From the human T2T-CHM13v2.0 reference genome, Homo sapiens, in assembly GCF_009914755.1 (NCBI RefSeq), contig NC_060939.1: a stretch of DNA of 64,000 bases; one strand, 5' to 3'. Both the position numbers and the translations under genes were made by a program. The notes below the pieces were generated by a model that did no database searches, was not told where the DNA came from, and saw only the letters and a program-made list of their open reading frames with translations. Below are positions 28,251-42,321 of this stretch, piece after piece (the first letter of the stretch is position 1; every line of letters begins with the position of its first letter).

Positions 28251-29889
28251 ATGAGTCTCAAAATCAACTCTAGCAATGCAAGATATCAGATCTGGTTTTC
28301 TTCTGTATATAGGTGGTACTATGATGATCCCTCTTTTAAGACATTTAAATAAAATGTAAATGCTAGTATATTTTTTATTTTTCATGCTGGCCCCTTATTT
28401 ATTACAGTTAACTCTGGAAGCCACAGAGGTGTGTTTGCAGATCTTCTATCATGAAAATAACAAAGGTTTCAGTTTGGATGCCGTGTTATTGGGAGTGAGG
28501 GACTAGAATTCAACACTGGCAAGAATTCTGTGCCAGGTTCAGCTCCAGTAAGAAAGAGTCTCGTGATTTCTCTGGGAGAGCAATGCCTTCCCTGGCACAG
28601 GATGGATGGTGGTGGGGTGTGTGTGTGTCATGTTTTTACCATCCTTTGACTAAGCCCTCTCTGTTTTCTTGCCTACTCATTTTTTGGCAGTTCTTACTGG
28701 CATCTTCATTGGCTTAACTAGAAAAAAGAAAAGATATAAAACTCAATCAGACAACTAAACACTGCTTTGGTAAAAGTTTTGATGGAGGGGGAAAAACATA
28801 AAGCTAAAGGACATGCTGCAACAATCAGTGGGTGTGAATCTTCTATCTACATGTCTCTTACTCCCATGAGTAGGGAAAGGAGATAATGGCACATAAGAAG
28901 AGAAAATACATTCAAAATAGTATTATTTTACTCTCCTTGCCCTCCAAGAAAAAACAGCTTAAGTTATTAGATTGCAAGGTAGATAACATAATTCTCTAAC
29001 TCTGCTATTAAACAACAAGAGGCCTGGAGAAACTGAACTTAAAGAGAAAAAAAGAAGAAAGTTAAAGGATTTTTTAAAAGGCCACTATATAATGAAAACT
29101 ACCCAATCATTCAAATTCCTCTCCCCACTCTTAAGAAAGGTCAACTGATAGCCCTTGGCTCCTGATGTGTAACTATATCCTATTCCTCTTTTGATGTTCT
29201 CACCAAGAGGGATTTAATTGCCTTTTCCTTGATTCATTAGATGGTCACTTCAAAGAGACCTTCAAGAGGCAACATTTGCCCAAACAACTCCCCTGTCTTA
29301 GTAAATCCAGATAAAACCCAAAAAGCAATTCATCCTAAATTTCACACATTGTTGTCTTTGGCCTCTGTCAGTGACCTCAGCCTACAATATTGATTACCAC
29401 TCTGCCTCCCAATATGAATCCTTCAGACAATCAATCAGTTACCAGGACAGAGAAGGAGTTATCCAGTCTAATACTAAAAATGTCCCCATGCCTACAATTA
29501 ACCCAAGAATAAACTAAACAACCTAGCAAACTTGTCATAACTTTACCATTTATAACCTATTTCTTCTCCCAAAAGCAAGGAAGGCATAAAACATACTTGG
29601 TCTAGAGTGTGCTAGACTCTATTCAAGACAAAGATGGATACTTGGTTTAGTAACAAACTAAAATATTTTATTAAATTAACGAATGTCTTTGTTCTAAAAT
29701 GCAAGTAAGGTTTTTGAGGTTCCTGTACAAAAACAACATAGAAATCCACTATAGTTTCCTTACTTTTGTCAAAACATTAATAGATAAATGGCCAAAGGGA
29801 AAATAAAAATAAACAACCAATGAGTATGGGGAAATTTTAAACACCATTAGTAATAGCTAAAAGAATTGCAAGCCAAATGAAATGCGAGC

Positions 29890-30335
29890 ACTATTCACAA
29901 TAGCAAAGACAGGGAATCAACCTAATGTCAATCGATGACAGATTGGATAAAGAAAATGGGGTATATATAACACCATGGAATACTACACAGCCATAAAAAA
30001 GAATGAAATCATGTCTTTTGTGGGAACATGGATGGAGCTGGAGGCTACTATCCTTAGCAAACTAAGGCAGGAACAGAAAATCAAATACTGCGTGTTCTCA
30101 CTTATAAGCAAGAGCTACATGGTAAGAACTTATGAACACAAAGAAGGAAACAAATACTGGGGCATACTTAATGGGGGAGCATGAGAGGAGGGAGAGAAAC
30201 AGAAACAATATTCGATACTGGGCCTAATACCTGGGTGATGAAATAATATGTACAACAACCCCCCATGACACGTTTACCTATGTAACAAATCTTTACATGT
30301 ATCCCCAAATCTAAAATGAAAGTTAAAAAAAAAAA
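29890..30335 (+). mobile_element. 5'-truncated L1PA15/16-like 3' end
   Basis: MEYYTAIKKNEIMSFVGTWMELE ORF2 tail, 3'UTR, poly(A); TSD-like aaatgcgagc / aaatgcaagc. Confidence 0.9.
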
Positions 30336-31740
30336 AAATGCAAGCTCAAAGAACATTTCACTGTAAATCAGAAAGTCTAAAACCTTAAAAACCTAAAAAA
30401 GTAAGACAGTGCCCATGGATGTTTAAGTTAGCACCAGCACTTCACCTAGCATCTGGACACAGCAAGTTCCCATTAAATATTTATTGAATACATAAATGGG
30501 TAAGTGCACGAATACTCTTCAGGCAAAAAGTATATTGAATAAAATTTGGAGAAACAATTTGGTAATAAATATTAAAATAACTGATAATTGTCATACTTTT
30601 GACAATATAACGCTTCTCCTAGGAATCTACCATAAACAAATTCTCTAAAATGCAAACATTCTATGCAAAAATACCTGTCAGATTATTAGGACACTAAAAA
30701 ACCATAAGCAAGTAAAGTGTCCAGAATTAGGTAAATAATACATAGATGGTCTATTCTCTTTGCAGAATTGTTCACAATAACTGAAACAATATTTATGAAA
30801 AGTTAAAAAACACAGGAAATGCTTATAACATGTGGAACCAAAAGGTTATGTATCAAGTTCAGGAAATTTTTTAAAGTACAGTAAAAAGACTGGAAATAAA
30901 TGTAAATTTTAGCAGTAATTTTTCTATGGGTGGTGATAATGGAAGGTTTTTTTCGTATCCTTATGAATCTTCTATATTTTTCTACAATGGCCATATAATA
31001 GTTTTGTAACAAAAAGGTAAAATTCTGTATTAACCAAGGAGAGCATTTTTTGAGAATAGCTATTCTGTCATGCATCTCAAATAATATCAGTAAAACACGT
31101 CCCCCCGCCCCTCACATTGACGCTTCTTTTTCTTTTTAATATTTGATTATATTCAGATTAAATTTATATAAACACAGATCATTAAAGCATTTTGATGACT
31201 AACAGTCTTTTATTTAAAAATGCAATATTAAATCCCAATTAAAACTATTTTGCTATTCCTTTAGCCATTTTCTCTGTTATTAAAACAAAAATAAGAACAA
31301 CTTGTCAGTATTTTTAGTCCATTAAAATTTTCCCACATTAAAACAATTTTTAATGTCTTGGCATGCAGTATATTTTTACTAACCTTAAAGAAGTTCTAAA
31401 AACAACTCCTTTACATTTTTCAAGATGCCTTTGTATAGCAATTATGATAATTATTCCGAGTAAATGAGTTAACACATGTGAAAAAGTGCTATGGAATTAT
31501 AAACTGCCATTCAAATGTTAGTTTTACATTTTTATGGTATGCTATTCCTGACCTTACATTCATTTCTCATGGCATATTTCCATTTCCCTCACAATCTATG
31601 AGATGATTCATTTGTGTGTTTTCCATGGTGCTTTGCACATGCCCTCTATAAATCACACTGATTTTTAAAATGTACATTGTAAAATGCTTTCAACCCTACA
31701 CAAGTTAATTTAAAAAATAAAAAAACTTAAAGGATCCTTT

Positions 31741-32460
31741 GAAATGCAAATCGAAACCTCAGTAGGATACCACTTCACTGGGATGGCTATAATTAAAAAG
31801 GCAGATAACAACAAGTGTTCATGAGGCTGTGAAGAAGTTGGGACTCTCACAAGATTGCTGGTGGGAGCCTAAAATGGTACAGCAGCTCCAGAAAACAGTC
31901 TTGGCATTTCCTCAAAAGGTTAAATCAAGAATTAGAATACAACTCAGCAATTTCACTCCTAGAAATAAATCCAAGAAATATAAAAGCACATGTCCACACA
32001 AAAACTTGTACACAAATGTTCGTAGCATTACGCATAATAGCCAAAAGGTGGAAATAACTCAAATGTTTGTCTACTTATGAATGGATAAACAAAATGTGCT
32101 ATATCCATATGAAGGAGTATCTTTTGCCTATAAAAAAATCTCAAAAACATGCTAAGTAGATGTGGCCAGTCACAAAGACCACAATATTGCATGATACCAC
32201 TTACATGAAATTTCCAGAACAGGCAAATCTACGGAGGCAGAAAGAAGCTCAGTGATAACTTGGGCTGGACGGGGTTGTGGGAAAATGGTGAGTGACTTCT
32301 GATGGTATGGGGGTTTTGGGGGAGGTGATGAAAATGTTATAAAGTTGATTTTGATGATGGTTGTACAACTGAATATATTAGAAACCACTGAATTGTACAT
32401 TTTAAATGAGTGAATTATATGGCATGTGTATTATATCTTAATAAAGCTGTTTTTAAAAAG
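31741..32460 (+). mobile_element. L1MB/L1MC 3' end
   Basis: gaaatgcaaatcgaaacc...gccagtcacaaagaccacaatattgcatgat...aataaagctgtt. Confidence 0.85.
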
Positions 32461-35400
32461 ACTCAAGTTACCATTTTATATGAATTGGTTGTATCACATT
32501 TTACTGTAATTTTTTGGAAAGAACTGTAGTGTTAACAAAGTTTTTGTATCTTTTTACAATTTCATGTCTATGAAAACAAAAAGCTATATAAATAAAGATT
32601 TTAACCACAGCATTTTTATTGGTTTCAACTTGGAAACAATTTAAATGTCTAATAATGGATTTAGTACCATAGTCATCTACATGATAAAATGTTACCCCTT
32701 AAAATTATAAAGGTATAATTAAAGAGATGGTATATAAACATTAGAAGTTTGAAATAATGTTAGGTGGCAGTGCATAAAACATAAAATATTTTTATATAAT
32801 TTTGTTTCCATGACCTTTGTTATTTAAAAACACCTATCTCTATGAAGAGTTGAGGTGGTTGGATTATAGAAGATTTTGTTGTTCTGTACTAGTTTTCTTA
32901 CATAATTCTTTTAATTAAGAAAAGAGGAACTGTTACTGCTCCATTAAACAAGTACTAAGCACAACTATGCAATGAAATTAAAAGGTTCCCTAGAGATGCC
33001 GAACCTAAGAGCATTCGGTACCTGCAGCAAAGAATTTCAGGCACTAGTGCTTAGTTTAACCCCTATCATAAAAACACTCCAAAGATATTAGAGGCAAGAA
33101 GGTGGTTACAAAAATTCCAGCTCATCAACTGACTGGCCTATATTCTACTTGTACATCTGGTGTATTTTTTCACCACTACTTGTTGAGTACGTGATAACAG
33201 TCACGGCTGCCCAATCAACAGAATTTTAGGATATTTTCCCTGTTCTGCTAGAGATCACATGGGAAATGTGGGTTGCTAGGAAGTGGTGTGGGTAAATGGC
33301 AAGAAATGAAGGGCATTTGCAGCAGAGTTATCCAAATGCCAAGGCCTACACAGCTACTGGGTTTATATCGTCAGAAAGGTTAAGCCTCCAGGTTACAGCT
33401 GCCCTAGGCAGTCCTGGTGTACTGGGACAAAGGGGAAGGCAGGGAAAGTCTAAGAGAACCTTCGCTGTTAGGTGCTTTGACAACAGTGTCTTCTCTATTT
33501 TCTTCACAATGCCTCAGTGTGGCGGAACAAAAGAACAAAATACTTATATCTAAAGTACAACCAAAGTGTTTAACACCCCCAAGGCATATCTACCTCTCAA
33601 TATGCTGTTTCAAATATCTGCATTTATTGGTGTAATTTGGATGCTTTGTGGCCAAAGCTTGACCTGTGTACTGTGTGATCATTTGTTAGGGGGTTGCTCA
33701 CTTTCTGACATATTCTTACCTAAAGGTCAGTGGGCTCCCTTGACATGAATTCAAACAACTTCAGTGAAGTAATTAAACAGGATGAGTGTTGCCATGTATT
33801 TGTAACGTAGGTCCACTACAAAATTTGAATTATCTATTGTTTTAAACTATATAAGCTTATTTTTTTCAATTAATAGTTCAGTGATTTCATTCCAGCCTTT
33901 CTTTCTTTACAAAATTTTTGTTGTTGTCTTATACTGTTTATGTAACATAGATGTGAACATAGGGTACGATATAGACAATTATGCAGCCTCTTTTTTCCAA
34001 CAACAGTTTGCTCCTCCATGAAGTACGACCCTGCTCCCCCATCTTTAGTCAATACCTGCGCTCCTACAGAAAACACAAAAATCATCCAGTGTCAGTATAC
34101 GGAGGCACCTTCCTCTACAGCCCACCTCATACCCCAATTTAAATAGTACCACCACCCACCTTCTGTTACTTCTCCCCCTTCTAGACAGGGGCCCCACGTT
34201 GAACACTGTGCATTGGATTCCTGGTGCTCCACCTCAGAGCCAGCTTCCATGGCCACGTCAGTTCTTTCATCTGTGACTCCTTCCAGACGGTCTTACAGCT
34301 GAGGCCCCTGAGGTACCAGCACACTTCAAAACAGAGCCTTCTTTAACAATGAAACCCTGACTGGAAACTGCTTCTACTGTTCCTTTAATTAGCCTTAACG
34401 ATGTTTTCACCCACAAGTGTGGGAAACCAGATCCTTAGCCACCTACCTGCTCCTTAGCTCAGGAATTGCTCTAGGCTCAGTTATCTAAGGTCCAAGTCAA
34501 GCCTCCTCCCCTTGGCAGTTCTCCAAGATCTTGTAAGCTGGTTTCCTACCCAACACCTTCTCTTGGAGCAGCTCTGTTCAGAATTGTCAGCCCGGTTTCC
34601 CTCTGAGCCTGTTCTGCCGTCAAGGTCCTATAGGACACTACTGCTAGTGCCTGCCCTTTATATCTCAATGTGCTGCAAGATTGGACAGGAGGCACCACAT
34701 GGCCTCCTAGGCCAGGCCTATGGGTTATTATTTCTACAAGTCCTTGCTTGTCCAAGGACGAGGAATGAAGCAGCTCAGGACTCTAAAGTATAGCATCCTA
34801 GAAGCCTAACTTCTGGACAGTGACATAAGAAGAAATAATTGGCCTCTGGCTGCCTGAACATTTAGACCTAAACATAAATATATGCAGAAATGATAAAAAT
34901 ATGAATATTTTGCAAAGAATCTGCATAAGTGTTGAACATGGAATGTGTGGCCAGTGGATTCCGGAAGCCTGTCTGTCACATCTGTTCCGTTTCAGAAACA
35001 AGTCATTGTCGATCCAATCATTTGAATCATCCAGTCGCTTGTTTGTGTACCCAAGAACACCACGCAAACGCGAGTCTCTCCTCGTCTCATGACAAAAGCA
35101 CTTAGGATTTCCTTCCCCTGCCACATGACCAACAATGCACCTTCTTTTGGAGAGAGCCTGTGGGTAAATAGTCACAACTGCTGTAATGTCTCCTGAACTA
35201 TAAACTCCATATTTCTCACCACCTGACAGGTAGCATGACCCAAATGCCCCAAAACAACTACAGAACTATCATTAAAGGAATAGAAATAATCCTACTTTAG
35301 CTGATAAAATTTAAGATCTTTGACTTCTGGAAATTAACTTTTTTCCCCTCCCTTATTTTGCCTATCCATGTTTGAAAAGATGCAAGCATCTCTACGTTAC

Positions 35401-35982
35401 TGTCCAGCCAGCTACTGAAAAGTTTAGGGGTCTGGTGGCTGGGCAGGCCTCAGAAGATAAACTGACCTGCACTGATCCTTCATTCAATATATGATCCATG
35501 TATTGATTTTATAGAGTCCTCAAGACTTCATCTATCAATCAGTCAAAATGCTGATTAAGCACCCACTATGCCAGGCACGGAATCATATGATACAAAGATA
35601 ACTAAGACAAGGCCCTTGCCTTCAAGGAGTCCAGTCTCCCATGGGGAAAATGAAGAACTAAATAAATTCTTAGAATTTAAGTGTTAAAAGGAGAGTACTT
35701 AAGAAATAAAGAGCAGAGTTGCCTAAGGCTGTCCTATAAGGAGGGTGGGAGGCTAGGAATCACAATGGGACACTTCTCATGGGAAATAATACTTGAAGGA
35801 TGAATAAAATCTAACGAGTCAAATCAGAAGAAACATGTACACATAAAAGAATGTATGTGTAAGAAGATGGCATATTTTCAACGGACTGGTATGTGGGTTG
35901 CTTATGAAAGAGGTAGGCAAGGCTCAGGTTGAGGTCCTTGTGTACAGCCTTGCTAAGGAAACTGGATTTCATCCTTAAGCCC

Positions 35983-36012
35983 CACACACACACACACACA
36001 CGCACACACACA
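35983..36012. repeat. (CA)n microsatellite
   Basis: Direct observation. Confidence 0.93.
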
Positions 36013-36819
36013 AACTTGCTGTCTTGCCAGCCTCCCTCACATACACCCTCCCCCACCTCTCCTATCTTTTACGTTCAAATAATTCTTCCACAACCACAAT
36101 ACACTGAGCACCTGAAATCCAGCTGTGCACAGCACCTGCATCAGGTAATTGTCTGGAAATTCTTGCCTGTTTCCTCTAAACCTGTTCTTCCTCACCCTTC
36201 CTGCCTCTCATATCCCTAAACCTATGCTCCGCTCCCATGTTGCTATTTCTGGCCAGACTTTCAGTTACCACTTAGAAGTTCCCTTTCCACCTTATGGCTT
36301 GACTCTTAACTCTTTGTGGTCATGAGATTTTATTAACCTTAGCAGCTTCCAATGAGAGGAATTCTCCACGACCTTTACTCCAACCAGCAAATCCATTTGC
36401 ATCATTATTCATTTCAACTAGATTCTCTCACACACCTGCTTGCAATAATAGTAAGTTTCTCAGGTAGCTTTGGGCTGGGCTGAATTAAAGAATTTTCTTA
36501 GGGTGAATGGGGACTGTAATCACTCACCTTAAAGGTATATCCAGAAAGACTATAGAGATCCAACTATAAAAAGACATTCCTGAGTTTTAGCTATGTCCCT
36601 GGCATTTGGATAGTGCTATGGTTTTCCTTAGCCTTATTAGTAGTTACTTAAATCCCCATTTATACAGAAAAAAGATGTAAACGTAGACTAACTTTTTCAC
36701 TGGGATTGACCTAGTCTAGGAAGCATAATGTTCTACTTTCCTTTATACCTGTTTATAAAACTCTTTTAAAGTATCCTTGGTTCACATTAATCTGTGCTTC
36801 ATCCAAGGACAAGCTTTGG

Positions 36820-37087
36820 AAAATCACAGCAGCCAAGTTGCAACAAATCCGAGGCAGCCAACTGTTCAAACTGTGTTCAAATAAGGCAAACGCCCAGCTG
36901 TAGCCAATCCAGCTGTTTCTATGCCTCATTTCCGTTTTCTGTCTATAAATGTTATCCGACCATGCGGCAGCCCTGAAGTCATTCTAAGCCTATTCTTGTT
37001 CTGGGGGCTGATTCAAGAATCGTTCTTTGCTCAATTAAATTCTGTTAAATTTAGTTTGTCGAAAGTTTTTTTTTTAATTTTTTAACA
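36820..37087 (+). mobile_element. MER57-family LTR (ERV1), 3' portion
   Basis: ccaactgttcaaactgtgttcaaataaggcaaacgcc...gaatcgttctttgctcaattaaa...tttaaca. Confidence 0.8.
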
Positions 37088-40000
37088 CCTCCCAGGCTTA
37101 AATTATTTCTGCTCATTATTTGGCACTCCATTCCAGCCTCTTCCAGCAAAACTGCCTGTGATAAAGCAGTTGTAGAGAGGAAATTCATATTGAAGCCCAA
37201 ACATGATTATAAGATGCGAAAACAAATAATACTAGATATGGCTTTTTTTCCCTCATGAGAAATAGTCGACAAAGTATAGGCCTTGAATTCAGGAAGGTTA
37301 CTATCCATCTGACTTTGGGCAGGTCCTTCATAGAGAAAATGGAAATAACAGAGATCTTTCGAAAGTTTGTTGAGGATTAAAGAAAACGAAGTACTTGAAA
37401 CACGTTTTACAGCACTCAATAAATGCTTATTATTACTATTGTTTCCACCAATACAACACTACCACTATTCCTATCATTACCACAACCAATTAAGTGTGGC
37501 ACTGACCCAAATTTCAGAGGAGCTATGGACGATCCTGCAGAGACTGAGAAATATCCTATTTGAAATAAAGTTAGCCTCAGATCCAGGTAAATCACTTACA
37601 TAGTGAGAGCTTAAGAACAATGGAGGATCTAGTTTGGAGAAATTACTCCCCTCTAACAACTCTCACGGAGTCCCCAACCCCTACTCCAAAAGAGAGAGAG
37701 AGAAAACAAATCCAGGGTGCCACTGCTGGAAGTTATACGCCCTCAGATTCTGGCAATAACAACGAAAGTATTTGTAATGTCCTGCCATAAAGAAGACAAT
37801 GCAGAAATTCCACATCTCCTTAAGAGTAATCTAAAATCTTGAAAGCATCGAAACCATAGCTGCATTTTGATTACTGGCATTCTGAGAAATACACAGGGGC
37901 TGAGAGATTGACAAGGTAGCATTCATTTCTCGGCGTTTTCTTATTTAACTGGCATATGCTCTTGAACATCTTTTTCCCCACACAAGTAATTTAACCTTAA
38001 TATGCTTTTGGAAAATCTGAACTACGGATTAAGCTGAATGTTTGCTCCTTGCACCTCAATAAACTTACGGAGTCCACTTCAGGGATCAAAATTTATAGAT
38101 ACGTGGAATGAGATATTTAACAAATGTTTTGCAGTGATTCCAATAAGTAAACATTAATTTCTGAACTGTGCTTCACCCACATTTACTAGAGATAACTATT
38201 ATCTAGCAAACAACATTTGTACTCTCTTGATGAGACAGAAGGAACACAAAGATTAATATTGCCTCAAAGGAAGAACCACTAGAGCAAACAATGGTTATGA
38301 AGCATACTCAGGACCATGTAGCAAATTAGTGTTTGAACTAAGAATAAAGTTCAGATTGACCTCGCATTCAAATGCCTGTTCTTCATCTAGTTTAGGTTAT
38401 GGGTGATGGAGTGACAGTACGGAAGAGAAATAATACTGTTTTTCGTGTTCCTAGAAAGAAAATTGTTGTTAATTTGCAAAGACTTTTGCATCAAAATAAT
38501 GATATAGTGTGTTGTGAATTTGCAGAAATTTTCTAAAACTGCTTCTGACTTTCCACAAGAAGAAATCACATGAATTCTGAGAAAATGTAAATACATGTGC
38601 ATGTATCTCTATGGAATGCCAATACACCACAAAATGTAGTTTGCAAACCTAAACTTATATAATTCACTGCCTAATATCCTCCATGGGAAACTAGCTTTTT
38701 CTGTTTTAGTTGCTAGTTCCAACCAAGCAATTATATCGTAAGAGATTTTCTTATTTGTTATATTAATAACTTTCCTTATAGTTTAACATCCAGTCCATTT
38801 GGTACCCTTGGAACAGTTGATGATTCTACAAACACAAAAATTCTCAGGGGCATACTAAGAAGTCCATCTAAATGATTAGAACAAACCAGAAAAATGGAGA
38901 TCATGGCTTCAAATAAGCACCAGCAAACAGAGAAATAGGAAAGTAAAAAATGTCAATTTCTCCCTTAATGCTGAAATTAATTACCTTTACATAATTTATT
39001 TTTCCTAGGTAATTTTTCTAATTTCAGTATAAACTTGTTGATAAGAATCAAGTGAAACTTGTTTGACAGGAATGAGGGACAGTTCCTGTAGGAAACAAGT
39101 AATCAGAAAATCTCTTCCTCTCACATCCTAATAATGCTCATATTAAATATTAGATACAAAAAGCATGATTTAAACAATTTCCATATGAAATATTAGATAC
39201 AAATATTTTCACCTATTTTGGTTAAATAATCTAGATTAAGTATTTCTTGATATTGATACAGCATTTTATTACATCAACCTATCTTTAAAGAATGGTATAA
39301 AATCTTTAAATTTCAAACAATTTCTAGTCACATTCATACTCCAAAGTCTTTATGAAGAAAATAATGTCTATAAAAAAAGATTGGCCGTAAACCTTCCTTT
39401 ACAAAAAAAAAAAAAATTAGACACATAAATTCTTAGTTTTGTTCAACATAATTGAATGAAAATGCTAATATTCAGATGGTATAATTTAAAAAATTGGAGA
39501 TCAGCACCCCTGCAGGTATCAACTGGAGGACATCTGAATCAACTTATGCGACAAAACAATGACTTTTCAGCTAGAATTCTTCATAGTTCAGCCCATAAAA
39601 ACTAGAAAGCTAAAAACACTAAGTAGAGAGAAACTTCTATTCTGATGATCTAGTTAGATTCATCTCTATGTTCAATGAACACCCTTCTCTCTCCACCTGC
39701 AACCCAGAGAACAGGCTTCTGTTTTCAAGCTTACCTTCCTCTGGGGTTACCGACCTCCTGTGCCGGCACTTCCAAATCCTGGGAACTGAAATGGACTGTC
39801 CATATCTTGGGCTACAGTGGTAGCAGGCACCCATGGTGCCAAAGGGTGGGGAGCCTGTGGTAAACATGATAGATTCTCAGGACAGCCTGGGAGGAAGGAG
39901 AATGTGGGGGATGTGCCTCCCCTGCTCCATCGCAAGAGCAACTGCTACAGTGCCACCCAGGAGGAGACTCTGCCAAGCATTAATGAGTCCACCGTCCGTA

Positions 40001-40429
40001 CGCTCAGTGGGCCAGACAGGTTTCGCCACTTTATAGCCCTATTAATGATAAAACTTTCTGTAAAAAACCAGCACTATTCTTGAAGAGCTTGCTTTTATTT
40101 TCTTTCTCTTTCAAGGGATAGAAGTGATCACTCTGTTTTACAAAAGATGTTTTCAGTTAAACACAAAACTTCCAAAAATTTTTTCATTTTTTTGAATCAT
40201 CTCTCAAAACTAAGCTCTCATATTCTAAAAACTGTTTGTACTATATTCGTCTTTAAAATGTGTTAGGAATTTCATTTTCAGATTTTGAAAGCCAGTCGTC
40301 TTCTTTGCTCTCATAAAATGACCTCCCCATCACTAGGTTTAGCCTTGCATGTAAACTATGAAAAATCACTGTATAATTATCTTAATGAGACTTTGTGTTT
40401 ATATTGTGTCTTCTATCTAAAGAGCTCAA

Positions 40430-40600
40430 AGCGTTTTGCAAACATGATCTTATTAAGCGTCACAACACCTCATTCAGGAATGCGATGGTAAGGATTATTA
40501 TTATCAATTTTAACAGGTGGGGAAACTAAGAGATTAGCAATTAAATGACTCAATTTGAGGTTACAATGTTAGTTAAAGGCACAGTTTGATTCAGGACTCT
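40430..40600 (-). mobile_element. MIR
   Basis: attattatcaattttaacaggtggggaaactaagagatt. Confidence 0.65.
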
Positions 40601-42015
40601 GACATCTATTTCCAAGGACATACCCAAGTGACCAATGGAGAGCAGCATAGTGAAATGAAAATTGTTTTTCACTTCTCAGAAATAATCTGTTCTTTTGCTC
40701 TACGGCTTTGAAGAACATTAAACATAAGGCAATTACAAAATAATTTGTTTACAAAACTTGGCACACCCTGCTAAAGATAGCAGATGTGCTAACTCCAGTC
40801 ACTTTATTCTCCTTGCTGACCCTTTCCAAGGGCCATCATCATCTTCCAGGTCAATGGATTAGGTTACCAGTTGTGCCCATAGTGTTTACAGAGTGGTTAG
40901 CTACTGCACTTTTCCTACACACCGGCAGGGAAGACATTTTCAAAGTTAGCCATCTAGTGCATGTTTATTGGTGGACATTCCAGCAACAAGGAATTGTATA
41001 ATCCAAAAAATGAGAAAACCTCATGTCGCCAACCCCACAGATTACTATTTTTTTATGTGGGGATATACGAACACACACGTAGTGATACCAAGATACTGTT
41101 CGGCAGCTTGTTTTTGTTGTCTTTTCGTGTTCCGGTATTCCTGGATCATTGGTGTGTCAGTTCATATATATCTACATCATTCTTTTAAGTGACTACATAC
41201 CCATTTTACAGACATATATATAAGATATGGAAAAATTTATTCTACCTATTACCCTTTTACTGCACATTTGGTTTTTTTAATCCTATGAACATTCTTGCAT
41301 GTTTATGTATTTTTAAAAGTATTTCTTTTGAATCTACTTTCCATTTTTTTACAAGCTCTCCAGGACTCTTTCTTCTGAAAATATACCTGTTGCACTATAC
41401 ACTGAACTACTTATAGTACAGTAAGCCCATCATCTTGGATGCAAAGTAAATTCACCTCTTTTCCTCCCATTGCTTCTTGATAGAGGTTTTAGTCTTAATT
41501 ATAGGATAGTACTCTGCCTTCATTCATATAACCCAAAAATGTAAACTGGAGAACCTTCCACATGGGACAGATGAAAGGTTGGCTAGATGATGTTGTAACA
41601 AGAGTATACAATACCCCATTCTATGATTTACAGTCTACTTTCTCCAAGGACTTAGATCAACAACAACAAAAAATTAAACTCTTGCCTTTTATCAATAGAG
41701 CAGTGGGTCCTGTGTCTTGAAACAAAAAGTATTCTGCAAATAAAACTTCATCATATGCCTGATTCTGAGTTTCAATACCACAATGACCAATTACTTTGTA
41801 CCTCTGCTCCCTCAGACCACATGGCGGATTCAGGGTCACATTCAATGCCAGTGTCAATATTGTTTACAATGTTCTGGACTGTCTATAAATTGAGAGCACA
41901 AAGGGAGAAACTCATTCCCTCATTTCCAGTATTACATGTAGTTCTATATGATACAAAGGTAGAAATCATTTGTCTATTACACCATTTCCCAGTAAAGTAC
42001 ATAGTTGACAAGTTG

Positions 42016-42321
<306 letters not shown>

